A program made the translations under genes and the position numbers. A stretch of DNA of 64,000 nt from an uncultured Clostridia bacterium. GTDB lineage: Bacteria; Bacillota; Clostridia; TANB77; CAG-508. The notes beneath the pieces were generated by a model. The model saw nothing but the letters and a program-made list of their open reading frames with translations, searched no databases and was not told where the DNA came from. This document shows, one piece after another, positions 51,350 through 61,825 of this stretch (positions are counted from its first letter, which is position 1; every line of letters begins with the position of its first letter). The stretch is taken from contig CATKDT010000049.1 of NCBI GenBank assembly GCA_949746675.1, positions 1,214-65,213 of the forward strand, read 5' to 3'.

Positions 51350-51982
51350 CTATTCCATTAAAATTATTCCATCTATTTCTTTATCTAAAAGATTTACAAA
51401 GTTAATTGCATCTTGTTTTGTTCCAACTATACTTCCATAATGTGTTGGTACTGCTATCTTAGGCTTTATTGTGTTTATAAGTGTTGCCGCTTCTTTATAG
51501 TCCATTGTATATGTTCCACCTACTGGAATAAGTGCAACATCACATTTTATCTTTTTATTTTCTTCTGTTATGTCTGTGTCTCCAGCAATATAATATTTAT
51601 AATTATTTAATTCTATAATATAACCTATCCATTCATTTTCCTTAGGATGAAATTGTTTATTCTTGTTATATGCTGGTATCGTTTCAAATTTAATTTCTTT
51701 TGCTATATATTTTTGATTTGGTTTAACTGTAATTATATTTTCTTTTTTAAATCCTTTTTCTAATAGTTTGCTATATAATTCTTCTGGTATTATAATTAGT
51801 GTATCTTCTTTAATTACCTTATCTATATCTTCTTCTGAGTAGTGATCATAATGACTATGTGTTATAAATATTATATCAGCATCATTATAATTTTTATCTA
51901 TTATAAATGGATCAATATAGATTGTTTCTTCATTACTTATCTTTATACTGTTATGGCATAAGACTTGTACATTTTTTAACAT
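51350..51982 (-). CDS. MBL-fold metallo-hydrolase
   Basis: HSHYDH motif. Confidence 0.7.
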   Translation of the reverse strand: MLKNVQVLCHNSIKISNEETIYIDPFIIDKNYNDADIIFITHSHYDHYSEEDIDKVIKEDTLIIIPEELYSKLLEKGFKKENIITVKPNQKYIAKEIKFETIPAYNKNKQFHPKENEWIGYIIELNNYKYYIAGDTDITEENKKIKCDVALIPVGGTYTMDYKEAATLINTIKPKIAVPTHYGSIVGTKQDAINFVNLLDKEIDGIILME

Positions 51983-52026
51983 ATAATATCCTCCTTTTAT
52001 TATTTTTTTATATGCTTATCTTATAT

Positions 52027-53034
52027 TTATGAAAAATACACTATTTTATTATTAGGAAAATATATCTTCATCATATCTCTAAAAAATATTTCTCCTTCTT
52101 CTCTTACAAACTGATTATAAGTATACTTTCCCTTTCCTCTTACTTTCATAAGTTCTTTGTTATATAAATCTATTGCATTAGGAAAAGCTTCATCATTTAT
52201 CATTTTATGAATATAACTATATGTCATAAATATAAATTCAAAAAATACTTTTTGTCTTGCTTTTTTAGTTAATAGTTCATTTAACTCTTTAAATAATTCT
52301 TCATATAACTCTTTCCAATTATCTAAAAAAATGATTGGTGCAACTAATATTCCTACTTTATAGTCTGCTTCTACTAGTTTATTAATTGCTTCTATTCTTT
52401 GTTTTAATCTTGATGTTCCAAATTCAACTTTATTTATTATTTCTTCGGGATTAACACTCATTCTTATAATAATCTTACCTTGGTGGTCAAGTCCTAAAAT
52501 AGAATCTACCATATCAAATTTTGTGGGAAATGTAAGTTTTCCTTTTGGAGAATTTTTAAAGTTTTCTATTGTCCATACTAAATTATTTGTTATCGTATTT
52601 TCTAATATTAAATCACTATTACTTCCAATTTCAAATACATAGTTTTGTTCATTATCATTTGCTGTTTTTATTATTTTATATAACATCTGCTCTCTATTAA
52701 CAAATAGTCTTAAATATGAACATTTATTATAATTACATACTAAATAACAATACATACACATTGCAATACATCCTGAAGATGTATATGGTACTAAGAAATT
52801 TGAGACTTTAAAATTTGGAGTATACCTATGTGTTTTTCTTGTTGCAATTATTAAATTTCTTTTCATTTTTGGAAATTCTGAATTTTGCTTTTTTCTCATC
52901 TCCTCAATATTATTATGATTATCAATTATAATTTTAGGAACATCTTTATACTTTTTAAATAATTCCTTTCCTAGTTGATAATCTTTAACTTCTTTTTCAT
53001 AATATATTTTTTCTGGAATAAACATTTTAATCAC
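52027..53034 (-). CDS. splB: spore photoproduct lyase (radical SAM)
   Basis: CIAMCMYC (Cx3Cx2C). Overall colinearity with SplB, including the C-terminal FPNNKIVYFS. Confidence 0.85.
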   Translation of the reverse strand: MIKMFIPEKIYYEKEVKDYQLGKELFKKYKDVPKIIIDNHNNIEEMRKKQNSEFPKMKRNLIIATRKTHRYTPNFKVSNFLVPYTSSGCIAMCMYCYLVCNYNKCSYLRLFVNREQMLYKIIKTANDNEQNYVFEIGSNSDLILENTITNNLVWTIENFKNSPKGKLTFPTKFDMVDSILGLDHQGKIIIRMSVNPEEIINKVEFGTSRLKQRIEAINKLVEADYKVGILVAPIIFLDNWKELYEELFKELNELLTKKARQKVFFEFIFMTYSYIHKMINDEAFPNAIDLYNKELMKVRGKGKYTYNQFVREEGEIFFRDMMKIYFPNNKIVYFS

Positions 53035-53107
53035 CTCTACAATTTATATTTTTTGTATAAGTAATTAAGTTTATACTCCATTTTTATTATCTATCTAAAT
53101 ATATTTT

Positions 53108-54067
53108 TTAAACATATATTTCTTTTACAAACTGCACAATGTCACTATTAACCTCTTGAATTCTCTTATCTTGTAATAATTCTTTGTACGAAAACCATTT
53201 ATAATTTACACCATTTATTTTAAACTCATTATTTTCTAATTCTTCTAATAGCTCTACTTTATAAAAATAATGAATATATTCTTTTTCTTTTTTTGCACTT
53301 TGTGAAAACTTTTTATGTTTTCTAGAATCACAATATTTAACTTCTATATTATCTTTTCTTATTCTTAATAAATCTTCAATTCTACTTATTATTGCATTAC
53401 TATCTTTTCCATTTGGCAATTTGCAATTTAAAAACAAATAACTTTGCCATTCTTTATCAAAATATTGTAAATATTCATTCTTTTTATTTTGTATTATTAT
53501 AATTGAATGTCTACTTATATTCATATCTTTATCAATCTTTTTTTGATATCTATCCTCCTCTGAAAATATACACCCACAATATTTTTGCATATATAACTCT
53601 AATTCTTTTGCTTTTTCATGTCCTTTCCAAAAACCTTCTCTAAAATCTCTATATAAAAATGCAATTCCAAATTCTTCACTAAGCTTTTCCATATAAGATT
53701 TAATAAATTCATGATTTTGATAAATACTATAAAGAAGAGTAGTTGATACTGTGTCATATCCATTCTTCTTTGCATATTCAAATGTCTTTCTAAGTCTTAC
53801 TGGATAGCAATAATTTACACATCTTGATTTTAAATTATTACATACATTTTTGCAAAATTCATCTAAGCCATATTCTTCTTCAAATATAGCTTGTACATTT
53901 ATACTTTTTGCATATTCTTTCAGGCAATCACGTCTTGCTTTATATTCTATATATGGATGAATATTTGGATTGTACCAATAAAGCACAGGCTCTATTCCCT
54001 CTTTTCTTAAAGTATCAATGCAATACACACTACAAGGTGCACAGCAAGTATGTAACAATAATTTCAT
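53108..54067 (-). CDS. queH: epoxyqueuosine reductase QueH (DUF208) with ~130-aa C-terminal extension
   Basis: LLHTCCAPCS and C-terminal CGC motifs lie in the first ~185 aa. The remaining residues have unknown function. Confidence 0.75.
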   Translation of the reverse strand: MKLLLHTCCAPCSVYCIDTLRKEGIEPVLYWYNPNIHPYIEYKARRDCLKEYAKSINVQAIFEEEYGLDEFCKNVCNNLKSRCVNYCYPVRLRKTFEYAKKNGYDTVSTTLLYSIYQNHEFIKSYMEKLSEEFGIAFLYRDFREGFWKGHEKAKELELYMQKYCGCIFSEEDRYQKKIDKDMNISRHSIIIIQNKKNEYLQYFDKEWQSYLFLNCKLPNGKDSNAIISRIEDLLRIRKDNIEVKYCDSRKHKKFSQSAKKEKEYIHYFYKVELLEELENNEFKINGVNYKWFSYKELLQDKRIQEVNSDIVQFVKEIYV

Positions 54068-54080
54068 TTTATTTTTCCTC

Positions 54081-55787
54081 TTATTTCTTATAATATAAAT
54101 TATATAAATTTAGTTCTCCGAGTTTTTCTAAATTTTCTTCAACATAATTTATTGCTTGTCTTGGTGATTGCCAGTTTAATTTCTTTTTATCTTTTTTTGT
54201 TAGATATATACACTTAGTTGAATTTTGTATATCTTTTATTATTCCTTCTTCTCCATCTTTTCCAATATTGCCTTTTAGAAACATATCATAATTTTTATGG
54301 TATCTGTCTAATGGTATGTCTATTACTGAAGCTTCTGCATCAAGTATTATTACATCTATTTCTTTTCTTTCTGCACTTTTTATTAACTCTTTAACATCAT
54401 TTATTCTGCTCTCAATATAATCTGTAACTATTATATTTTCATAATGTCTAATATTTTTATTTCTGTTATTGTTTCCAATATAATCATTTAATTCTGTGTA
54501 TGTATAGTTTGCTCCAACTCCTACAATTGCTAAAATAATTGAAGCTCTTATTGTGAAATCTATTATCTTAGAAATTTTATCTCTAATATGTTTTGAATTT
54601 TCTAAGTTCTGTTTTGTATTCTCTTTTAATTTGTATTTTATCTTAAAATATATGCTTTTTATTATTTCTATAATTACATATATACATTCAATAAATAGTG
54701 GAAGCATTGCAATGTAAAAATGTGTTTTATCTGCTATTGGATATAACACTATTAGCATTATAGCTGAATATACTGTCATTATTTCTAATCTTCCTAATAT
54801 ATGTATTGGAATTTTCTTTTTCTTTGAAGTTGAGTTTATAATGAACGCAACTAAAATTAACATTAGAAAAACTGGCAATATTATCGCAAAGATTTTTAAC
54901 ATTTTCTCTTTACTATTGATTAAACTTTTATATGATATTGAATTTGAAAATGTTTTTATTCCTAGTATCGCATAATCTATAAAATATTTTAAACTTCCTG
55001 ATATAATTAAAAAAATTACAAAAGCCATTACTGGTATTAGCATACCTAGTATTCTAATTAAGGCATTTTTTATATATTGTTTTAAATTTTCTTTGTTGTT
55101 TACAAATAACATCGGAGCAATTAATGTCCCTATTGCTACAAAAACTCCTAATGTCTGTTTTGTACATATTGCAATCCCAGAAAGAAGTCCAATTATAAAA
55201 TTATATCTATTGTCTTTAATAACTGCAAAATTTAAGTCTTTTTTGTTGCTAACATCTTTTATTTTTCCATCTTCTATATTATTGATTTTTATATTTTCAA
55301 TTACTTCATTTTTATTATTAACTATTGGTGTTTTTTCTAATTTTTTTAATTCTATATATTCTATTATTAATGCAATTAGAAGTACTACAAAGTTATAATC
55401 TAACATAAAATTTTTATAATATATGTATAAAATAAATCCTGTTAGTATAACACATGTTAATTTGTTTTTTAGTATTTGTTTAAAAATTAAATATGTCATA
55501 AATATTAAGCTTGTTGAAATGACTGCTGTTATAATTCTAAAAACTATAAGCTCATCCGTTGTTAATTTAAGTATGATAGCAATTACTGTTGGAAGTAATG
55601 GTGTTGTTATCATACTTATATCTTTATATGGAATTAATCCATTTGCAATCTGTCTTGCTGTATTATAATTCCATAGTTCATCTAAATTACTTACTGGCTT
55701 TGCTAGTATTCTACTAAATATTAGTGTAAATACACAAGCTAATATTATGGCATATAATAGATATTCAAAAACTTTGTTTTTCTTCAT
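54081..55787 (-). CDS. GT-C-fold membrane glycosyltransferase (ArnT/PMT-like)
   Basis: 568 aa, >10 TM helices. DE-containing first loop (NLDELW). Confidence 0.5.
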   Translation of the reverse strand: MKKNKVFEYLLYAIILACVFTLIFSRILAKPVSNLDELWNYNTARQIANGLIPYKDISMITTPLLPTVIAIILKLTTDELIVFRIITAVISTSLIFMTYLIFKQILKNKLTCVILTGFILYIYYKNFMLDYNFVVLLIALIIEYIELKKLEKTPIVNNKNEVIENIKINNIEDGKIKDVSNKKDLNFAVIKDNRYNFIIGLLSGIAICTKQTLGVFVAIGTLIAPMLFVNNKENLKQYIKNALIRILGMLIPVMAFVIFLIISGSLKYFIDYAILGIKTFSNSISYKSLINSKEKMLKIFAIILPVFLMLILVAFIINSTSKKKKIPIHILGRLEIMTVYSAIMLIVLYPIADKTHFYIAMLPLFIECIYVIIEIIKSIYFKIKYKLKENTKQNLENSKHIRDKISKIIDFTIRASIILAIVGVGANYTYTELNDYIGNNNRNKNIRHYENIIVTDYIESRINDVKELIKSAERKEIDVIILDAEASVIDIPLDRYHKNYDMFLKGNIGKDGEEGIIKDIQNSTKCIYLTKKDKKKLNWQSPRQAINYVEENLEKLGELNLYNLYYKK

Positions 55788-55865
55788 TCATTTATCCTTC
55801 TTTAATGTCATCTTTTTATGTCGCACTCTAAATAATTTCTTATATTCGTTATTGTGTTAATCAAT

Positions 55866-56870
55866 TTATTCTTCGCTGTATGTATATCCCATGTGTTCAT
55901 ATGCTTTAGGAGTTGCAACTCTTCCTCTTGCTGTTCTTGAAACAAAACCTATTTGCATTAAATATGGCTCATATACATCTTCAATAGTTGATACTTCTTC
56001 GCCTAGTGTTATTGCTAAAGTTTCAGCTCCTACAGGTCTTCCACGATATTGTACAATTAGTGCAGTTAATAATCTTTTATCAAGTGCATCTAATCCTAAA
56101 TCATCAATATCAAGTTTATTTAATGCAATTTTTGCTATTTCAATAGTTATATCTCCATCTCCTAAAACAAGTGCATAATCTCTAACTCTTTTTAATAATC
56201 TATTCGCTATTCTTGGAGTTTTTCTTGACCTTTTTGCTATCTCTCTTGATGCATCTTCGTCTATTTTTATATTAAGAATATTTGCAGACCTTTTTATAAT
56301 TGCAGTTAAATCTTCTTCATTATACAGTTCTAATCTTTCAACTATTCCAAATCTGTCACGTAGAGGTGTTGTTAAAGAACCTGCCTTTGTCGTGGCTCCT
56401 ATTAATGTAAATTTTGGTAAATTTACTCTAATTGATTTTGCAGTTGGTCCTTTTCCAATTATTATATCTAATATATAATCTTCTAAAGCTGGATATAATA
56501 TTTCTTCAATATTTTTATTTATTCTATGTATTTCATCTATGAATAAAACATCAAATTCTGAAAGTCCTGTTAATAGTGCAGCTAGATCTCCTGGCTTTTC
56601 AATTGCTGGACCTGAAGTAATCTTTATATTTGACTCCATTTCATTTGCAATTATATTTGCAAGTGTCGTTTTTCCAAGTCCTGGTGGTCCATAAAGTAAT
56701 ACATGGTCTAAAGCTTCTCCTCGTTTTTTAGCAGACTCTATGTATACTTTCATGTTCTCTTTTACTTTATTTTGTCCTATATATTCTTTTAAAAACTGAG
56801 GTCTTAAAATATTTTCCTGCTTTTCTTCATTCTCATTTCTTATTTCTGGACGTGTTAAATCGTTACTCAT
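55866..56870 (-). CDS. ruvB: Holliday junction branch migration helicase RuvB
   Basis: GPPGLGKTT Walker A. Full-length RuvB colinearity. Confidence 0.95.
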   Translation of the reverse strand: MSNDLTRPEIRNENEEKQENILRPQFLKEYIGQNKVKENMKVYIESAKKRGEALDHVLLYGPPGLGKTTLANIIANEMESNIKITSGPAIEKPGDLAALLTGLSEFDVLFIDEIHRINKNIEEILYPALEDYILDIIIGKGPTAKSIRVNLPKFTLIGATTKAGSLTTPLRDRFGIVERLELYNEEDLTAIIKRSANILNIKIDEDASREIAKRSRKTPRIANRLLKRVRDYALVLGDGDITIEIAKIALNKLDIDDLGLDALDKRLLTALIVQYRGRPVGAETLAITLGEEVSTIEDVYEPYLMQIGFVSRTARGRVATPKAYEHMGYTYSEE

Positions 56871-57979
56871 TATTTTAAATCTTCCTTCTTAACAAGTTTC
56901 AACCTAATATTTTCCCTAATAACAGCTCTCTTGTATTTTTTAATTTCTTTATATCCAAATGCTATTATCGCCAATATAATTAGCATGAATGAAAGTGATT
57001 TCCATATACCTTCATCTATTAATATAATTGCCAAGAGTCCTAAAGTTGTGCTTGCTGCATATAAAATTGCAACAGCTTGTTTTTGTGTATATCCTTTTTT
57101 CATTAATCTGTGATGAAGATGTCCTTTATCAGCACTAAACACAGCCTTTAAGGATTTTCCCTTTACTATTCTTCTAATTATTGCAAATAATGTATCAAAA
57201 ATAGGAAGTCCTAATACAAGTATTGGTGCAATTAATACAAATAAAGTTACTGTTTTTGCAACTCCAAGTATTGATATTACTGAGAGTGCAAATCCTAAAA
57301 ATTGTGCACCAACATCGCCTATAAAAGTCTTTGCGGGATGCATATTATATGGCATAAATCCTACTATTGAACCTGCTAGTGCTGTAACTAATATTATTGA
57401 AATTAGTGGTGAATAATTTGCTGTAAATATTATTAGTAAAAATAGACATGATATTAATGTTATTCCAGAAGACAATCCATCTAATCCATCTATTAAGTTT
57501 ATTGCATTTGTTATTCCAACTATCCATCCAACAGTTAGCATAAAGCTTACTATATCTGGAATCTGAATTCCATTTATTACATCAATTCTAATCCCTGCTA
57601 TATATATAATAATTGCAGATATAACTTGTACACTTAATTTTATATATGGTTTTAGATTTTTCAAATCATCTAAATAGGCAAATATACTAATAAGTATTAT
57701 TCCTAGTAAAAATCCTAGTAATTTTATTTTATAGTTATCTGTATCATTTAAATCTAATTTATTTTCAATACACATTGTTATTGTTAAATATGCTGCTGAT
57801 AAGATAAATCCTACAATTACAGCAATTCCGCCTATTCGTGGAATAGGTTTATTATTAATGTTTCTATTATTTGGAACAGTTAAAGCTCCAACTTTTCTAG
57901 CTAATTTTATTGTATATGGTGTTCCTATAAATGCTGTAACAAATGCTAATAAAAATGCTATTGCAATATCTCCCCACAT
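56870..57979 (-). CDS. UDP-HexNAc:undecaprenyl-phosphate HexNAc-1-P transferase (WecA/TagO/MraY family, GT4-polyprenol)
   Basis: 11 TM helices. DDxxD-like and PNN motifs of the MraY/WecA family. Confidence 0.8.
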   Translation of the reverse strand: MWGDIAIAFLLAFVTAFIGTPYTIKLARKVGALTVPNNRNINNKPIPRIGGIAVIVGFILSAAYLTITMCIENKLDLNDTDNYKIKLLGFLLGIILISIFAYLDDLKNLKPYIKLSVQVISAIIIYIAGIRIDVINGIQIPDIVSFMLTVGWIVGITNAINLIDGLDGLSSGITLISCLFLLIIFTANYSPLISIILVTALAGSIVGFMPYNMHPAKTFIGDVGAQFLGFALSVISILGVAKTVTLFVLIAPILVLGLPIFDTLFAIIRRIVKGKSLKAVFSADKGHLHHRLMKKGYTQKQAVAILYAASTTLGLLAIILIDEGIWKSLSFMLIILAIIAFGYKEIKKYKRAVIRENIRLKLVKKEDLK

Positions 57980-58088
57980 ATTTCCTCCTAATAATTTTGT
58001 TATATAATATCATAACTATAGCTAAAAATCTAGTGTTAATTGTTAGTCAATTTATTATTCCTATGTTTGTTAACTTTTTTCTTACTTA

Positions 58089-59702
58089 TTAATATAAAAT
58101 GTAATACATATTATTAAATATCTCCATCTCAAATTTATATATTTTCACCATAGCTCTAGCTTTTTCAAGGTTAGTTGTGACATATACATCATTAGTATTG
58201 CAGTCATTTATATCTATTGGTCTTCCATCATAATTATTATACCCTGATACCTTAACTCCTGTTATTACTTTATTTTTATTAAATTCCTCTGGTGGTATTT
58301 TATTTGCATATAAATTATAAATATATAAAATATTGTCAGCATGTATCATTTTACCTTCAAATTTATTTAAATATGTCATTAATTCCACTGCTCCATTGTC
58401 CCAAAATGGCTTATATTCATCTGCATGATCAAAAAAATATGATTTTATAAATAACATAAATGCTGTCAAATATGCTATTAGTAATGCATAAAATACTACT
58501 TTTATATTTTTATAAAAATATCTTAATGTAACTAATTCAAAGTATGTTGCTGATATGTATATTCCATTTAATCTATTTGCATTAAGTTTTGTAAATATTG
58601 CAAGTATCAAATTTGAAGCAAATATTAGTAGCATAATTATATCAAGGTCTATATTAATATTTTCCTTCTTTTTAATTTTCCATTCTTTAGTTTTTATATC
58701 TTCATTTTGATTTTCGTTATTACTTTGTTTTATCATTTTTATAATAGTAATTAGAGTTCCTATAATCATTGCTATTGTTCCAAAATAGTATAGCGTTCCA
58801 TATCCTTCTAGTGAATTGTAGTTTAATGTATCACACCAGAGTACTTCTTTTAGGGATTTTAAATTTGTAAAAATATTTGTAATATCTAAATCGCTACCTC
58901 TATAAAATAACAATTTCGGAATTGTTATAAATGAATTTATCTCATCTATCCATCCATGTTGTACCATGAGCATTAATATTAATGGTAATGCTAAAATAAA
59001 TAATGGAACTATAAAAACTATTATTTGTGATATTTTTATTTGTTTTTTTCTTATTAAATATAATAACATTAATAATAGAAATATTGGTATTATAATATAA
59101 CTAATTGCATATGTGTATAACGTAATTCCAAATATTAGCCCTGATATTGCAAACTTTAACAATTTATGTTTGTTTGCTTTTATCGCATTCACTAATAAAT
59201 ATATTGAAAATAATAACATTGGTGATAAAAGATAAGATTCTAGTGCCCACCTTGATTTCATTATATGCCAGGGTGATATAGTTACTAAGAGCATAAATAG
59301 TAATGCTTCTTTTTTACTTCTAAATTCTTTTACTAATAAATAGCACACAACTACTTCTATAATACTTAGTATTAGTGCTGGAAGTCTCATTGTAAAATAA
59401 TTATTTACTTTAAATAGTTTTAATATAAATGCATTTAAATATGTATATAGTGCGTTTTGTCCATCTCCAAAGTTTATAAAGTATACTGGGTTTTTCTTAC
59501 AAAATCTATCTACCCCATAGTTTGCAATATAATATGCATCCATATTCATACCAGCTTCATCACAGTCAATTCCGCTAGGTACTTCACCTAGTTTATAGGT
59601 GTTTAGTAAAACTGCTAATGCTAATATAATGGCAAAAAATACTTTATAATTTTTTTCAACGAATTCTCCAAAATCACTAATCTTATCTTCTATTTTTTTC
59701 AT
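58089..59702 (-). CDS. GT-C-fold membrane glycosyltransferase (PMT_2/ArnT-like, DCDEAG loop motif)
   Basis: 537 aa polytopic protein. DE motif in the first extracytoplasmic loop. Confidence 0.55.
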   Translation of the reverse strand: MKKIEDKISDFGEFVEKNYKVFFAIILALAVLLNTYKLGEVPSGIDCDEAGMNMDAYYIANYGVDRFCKKNPVYFINFGDGQNALYTYLNAFILKLFKVNNYFTMRLPALILSIIEVVVCYLLVKEFRSKKEALLFMLLVTISPWHIMKSRWALESYLLSPMLLFSIYLLVNAIKANKHKLLKFAISGLIFGITLYTYAISYIIIPIFLLLMLLYLIRKKQIKISQIIVFIVPLFILALPLILMLMVQHGWIDEINSFITIPKLLFYRGSDLDITNIFTNLKSLKEVLWCDTLNYNSLEGYGTLYYFGTIAMIIGTLITIIKMIKQSNNENQNEDIKTKEWKIKKKENINIDLDIIMLLIFASNLILAIFTKLNANRLNGIYISATYFELVTLRYFYKNIKVVFYALLIAYLTAFMLFIKSYFFDHADEYKPFWDNGAVELMTYLNKFEGKMIHADNILYIYNLYANKIPPEEFNKNKVITGVKVSGYNNYDGRPIDINDCNTNDVYVTTNLEKARAMVKIYKFEMEIFNNMYYILY

Positions 59703-59794
59703 TATTAATCCCTTTTTATTATAAATCTCTTACAAGGCATCTTAGATTCTCTCTTGTAATCTTACTAAACTACTAATATTTCTATAGATATTTT

Positions 59795-60730
59795 CTATAA
59801 ATTAATAGTCTTTTTTATGATATATTGTGGTCTATCTTTTGCTTCATCATAAATTCTTGCTATATATTCTCCAATCATCCATAGTGATATTAATATCATA
59901 CCACCTAAAAATGTCATTGTGCACATCATTGATGTCCACCCTGCTGTTAAATTATTCCATTTAAATACATAAGATAGTATTGAATATATTAAAATCAATA
60001 TTGAAACTATTACTGAAAATATACCAAATCCCCCCACTATTTTTAGTGGCTTTGTTGAAAAACTTATAATCCCATCACTTGCAAGTTTTAGCATTTTCTT
60101 TAATGGATATTTAGTCTCTCCTGCAAAACGTTCTTTTCTTTCATACTCATAAGCATATTGATTAAAGCCTACCCAACTAAATAATCCTCTTAAAAATTTA
60201 TTATGCTCTGGTAGTGTATTTACAACATCTACAACTTTTCTATCAACTAATCTAAAGTCTCCTGTGTTTTTTGGAATATCAATGTCTGATAATTTATTTA
60301 TTGTTGAGTAAAATGCTTTTGCAGTAAGTAATTTAAATGCTGATTCTCCATCACGTTTCTTTCTTTTTCCATAAATTACTTCATATCCATTTTCCCATTC
60401 TTTTAGCATATCAGGAATTAACTCTGGTGGATCCTGAAGGTCTGCGTCCATTATTACAATAGCATCACCTGTTACATATTTTAGTCCAGCAGTTACAGCT
60501 GCTTGGTGTCCAAAGTTTCGAGAAAATGATATTACTTTTATATGTTTGTCTTTTTTCGCTTGCTTTTCTAATATCTCTAAAGTTTTATCTTTTGAGCCAT
60601 CATTTACATAAATGATTTCATAATCATATTCATCTTTTATACTTTTTAAAACCTTTGTTACTCTATTTGTACATTCATCTGCAACTTGCTCTTCATAATA
60701 CATTGGTATAACTACTGATATTTTTTTCAT
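59795..60730 (-). CDS. GtrB/ArnC-like GT2 polyprenyl-phosphate sugar synthase (C-terminal 2 TM)
   Basis: VVIPMYYEE...DADLQDPPE. Two C-terminal TM helices. Confidence 0.85.
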   Translation of the reverse strand: MKKISVVIPMYYEEQVADECTNRVTKVLKSIKDEYDYEIIYVNDGSKDKTLEILEKQAKKDKHIKVISFSRNFGHQAAVTAGLKYVTGDAIVIMDADLQDPPELIPDMLKEWENGYEVIYGKRKKRDGESAFKLLTAKAFYSTINKLSDIDIPKNTGDFRLVDRKVVDVVNTLPEHNKFLRGLFSWVGFNQYAYEYERKERFAGETKYPLKKMLKLASDGIISFSTKPLKIVGGFGIFSVIVSILILIYSILSYVFKWNNLTAGWTSMMCTMTFLGGMILISLWMIGEYIARIYDEAKDRPQYIIKKTINL

Positions 60731-60808
60731 TTATAATTCCTTTCTTTTATTGCTTCTACGCATTGAGCAAACATATATATGAATTCTTTCAGCTTAATCT
60801 TCCCTTAA

Positions 60809-61753
60809 TTAATCATTCATTTCTTTTTTTCCATTATATTCATTTACCAAATATAATGGTCTATTTTTAGATTCATTAAATATTCTTCCTAAATATTCTC
60901 CAACAATTCCAAATAATAATATTTGTACTCCTGAGAAAAATAATACTAGTAATATAATAGCTTGGAAGGCTTCTATAGGCACACTAAATCGTATACATTT
61001 TATAATAACATATATGAAATATATGAATAATGCTAAAAATGTTGGTATTGCTAAAAATGTCGATATTCGTAATGGTGATGTTGTAAATGATGTTATACCA
61101 TCTATTGCTAAGTTAATTAATTTTGCATAATTCCATTTTGTTTGTCCTGCAACACGTGGATCTCTATCATACATAATTGCTTTCTTTTTATATCCAATCC
61201 AACTGAACATACTTTTTGAATTACGTCCTGTTTCTCTCATTTTCTTTAAAGCATTTACACATCTTCTATCAAGTAATCTGTAATCTCCTGTATCTTTTTG
61301 AATTTCAACTCTAGTTAGTGCTTGAAGTACTTTGTAATACATTTTAGAAGTGAACTTTTTAAGCCATGTTTCGCCTTTTCTTGAGCGTCTTTGAGCATAC
61401 ACATCATCATAGCCTTCTTCCCAATACTTTATCATTTCAGGAATTAGTTCTGGTGGATCTTGAAGATCTGCATCCATAAATATGGCACAGTCTCCTGTTG
61501 CATAGTCAAGACCAGCTATCATTGCAGTTTCTTTTCCAAAGTTACGTGCAAAATCCACATAATTAATACGTTTGTCCTTTTTTCTGTACTTCTTTATTAA
61601 TTCAATTGTTTTATCTTTTGATCCATCATTTACAAATAAAATTTCAAATTCATAATTATCAATACCATTAATAACTTTTTCAACTCTTTCATATAAAAAT
61701 GGTAAAGATTCTTCTTCATTATATGCGGGTATAATTATTGAAACTTTTTTCAT
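60809..61753 (-). CDS. GtrB/ArnC-like GT2 polyprenyl-phosphate sugar synthase (second copy)
   Basis: IIIPAYNEE...DADLQDPPE. Two C-terminal TM helices. Confidence 0.85.
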   Translation of the reverse strand: MKKVSIIIPAYNEEESLPFLYERVEKVINGIDNYEFEILFVNDGSKDKTIELIKKYRKKDKRINYVDFARNFGKETAMIAGLDYATGDCAIFMDADLQDPPELIPEMIKYWEEGYDDVYAQRRSRKGETWLKKFTSKMYYKVLQALTRVEIQKDTGDYRLLDRRCVNALKKMRETGRNSKSMFSWIGYKKKAIMYDRDPRVAGQTKWNYAKLINLAIDGITSFTTSPLRISTFLAIPTFLALFIYFIYVIIKCIRFSVPIEAFQAIILLVLFFSGVQILLFGIVGEYLGRIFNESKNRPLYLVNEYNGKKEMND

Positions 61754-61825
61754 TTACCTTCCTCCATTCGCTATGCTATGATTCATCCCTTCATAATTTT
61801 TTCTTAAATGTATCGTCTATTATAT

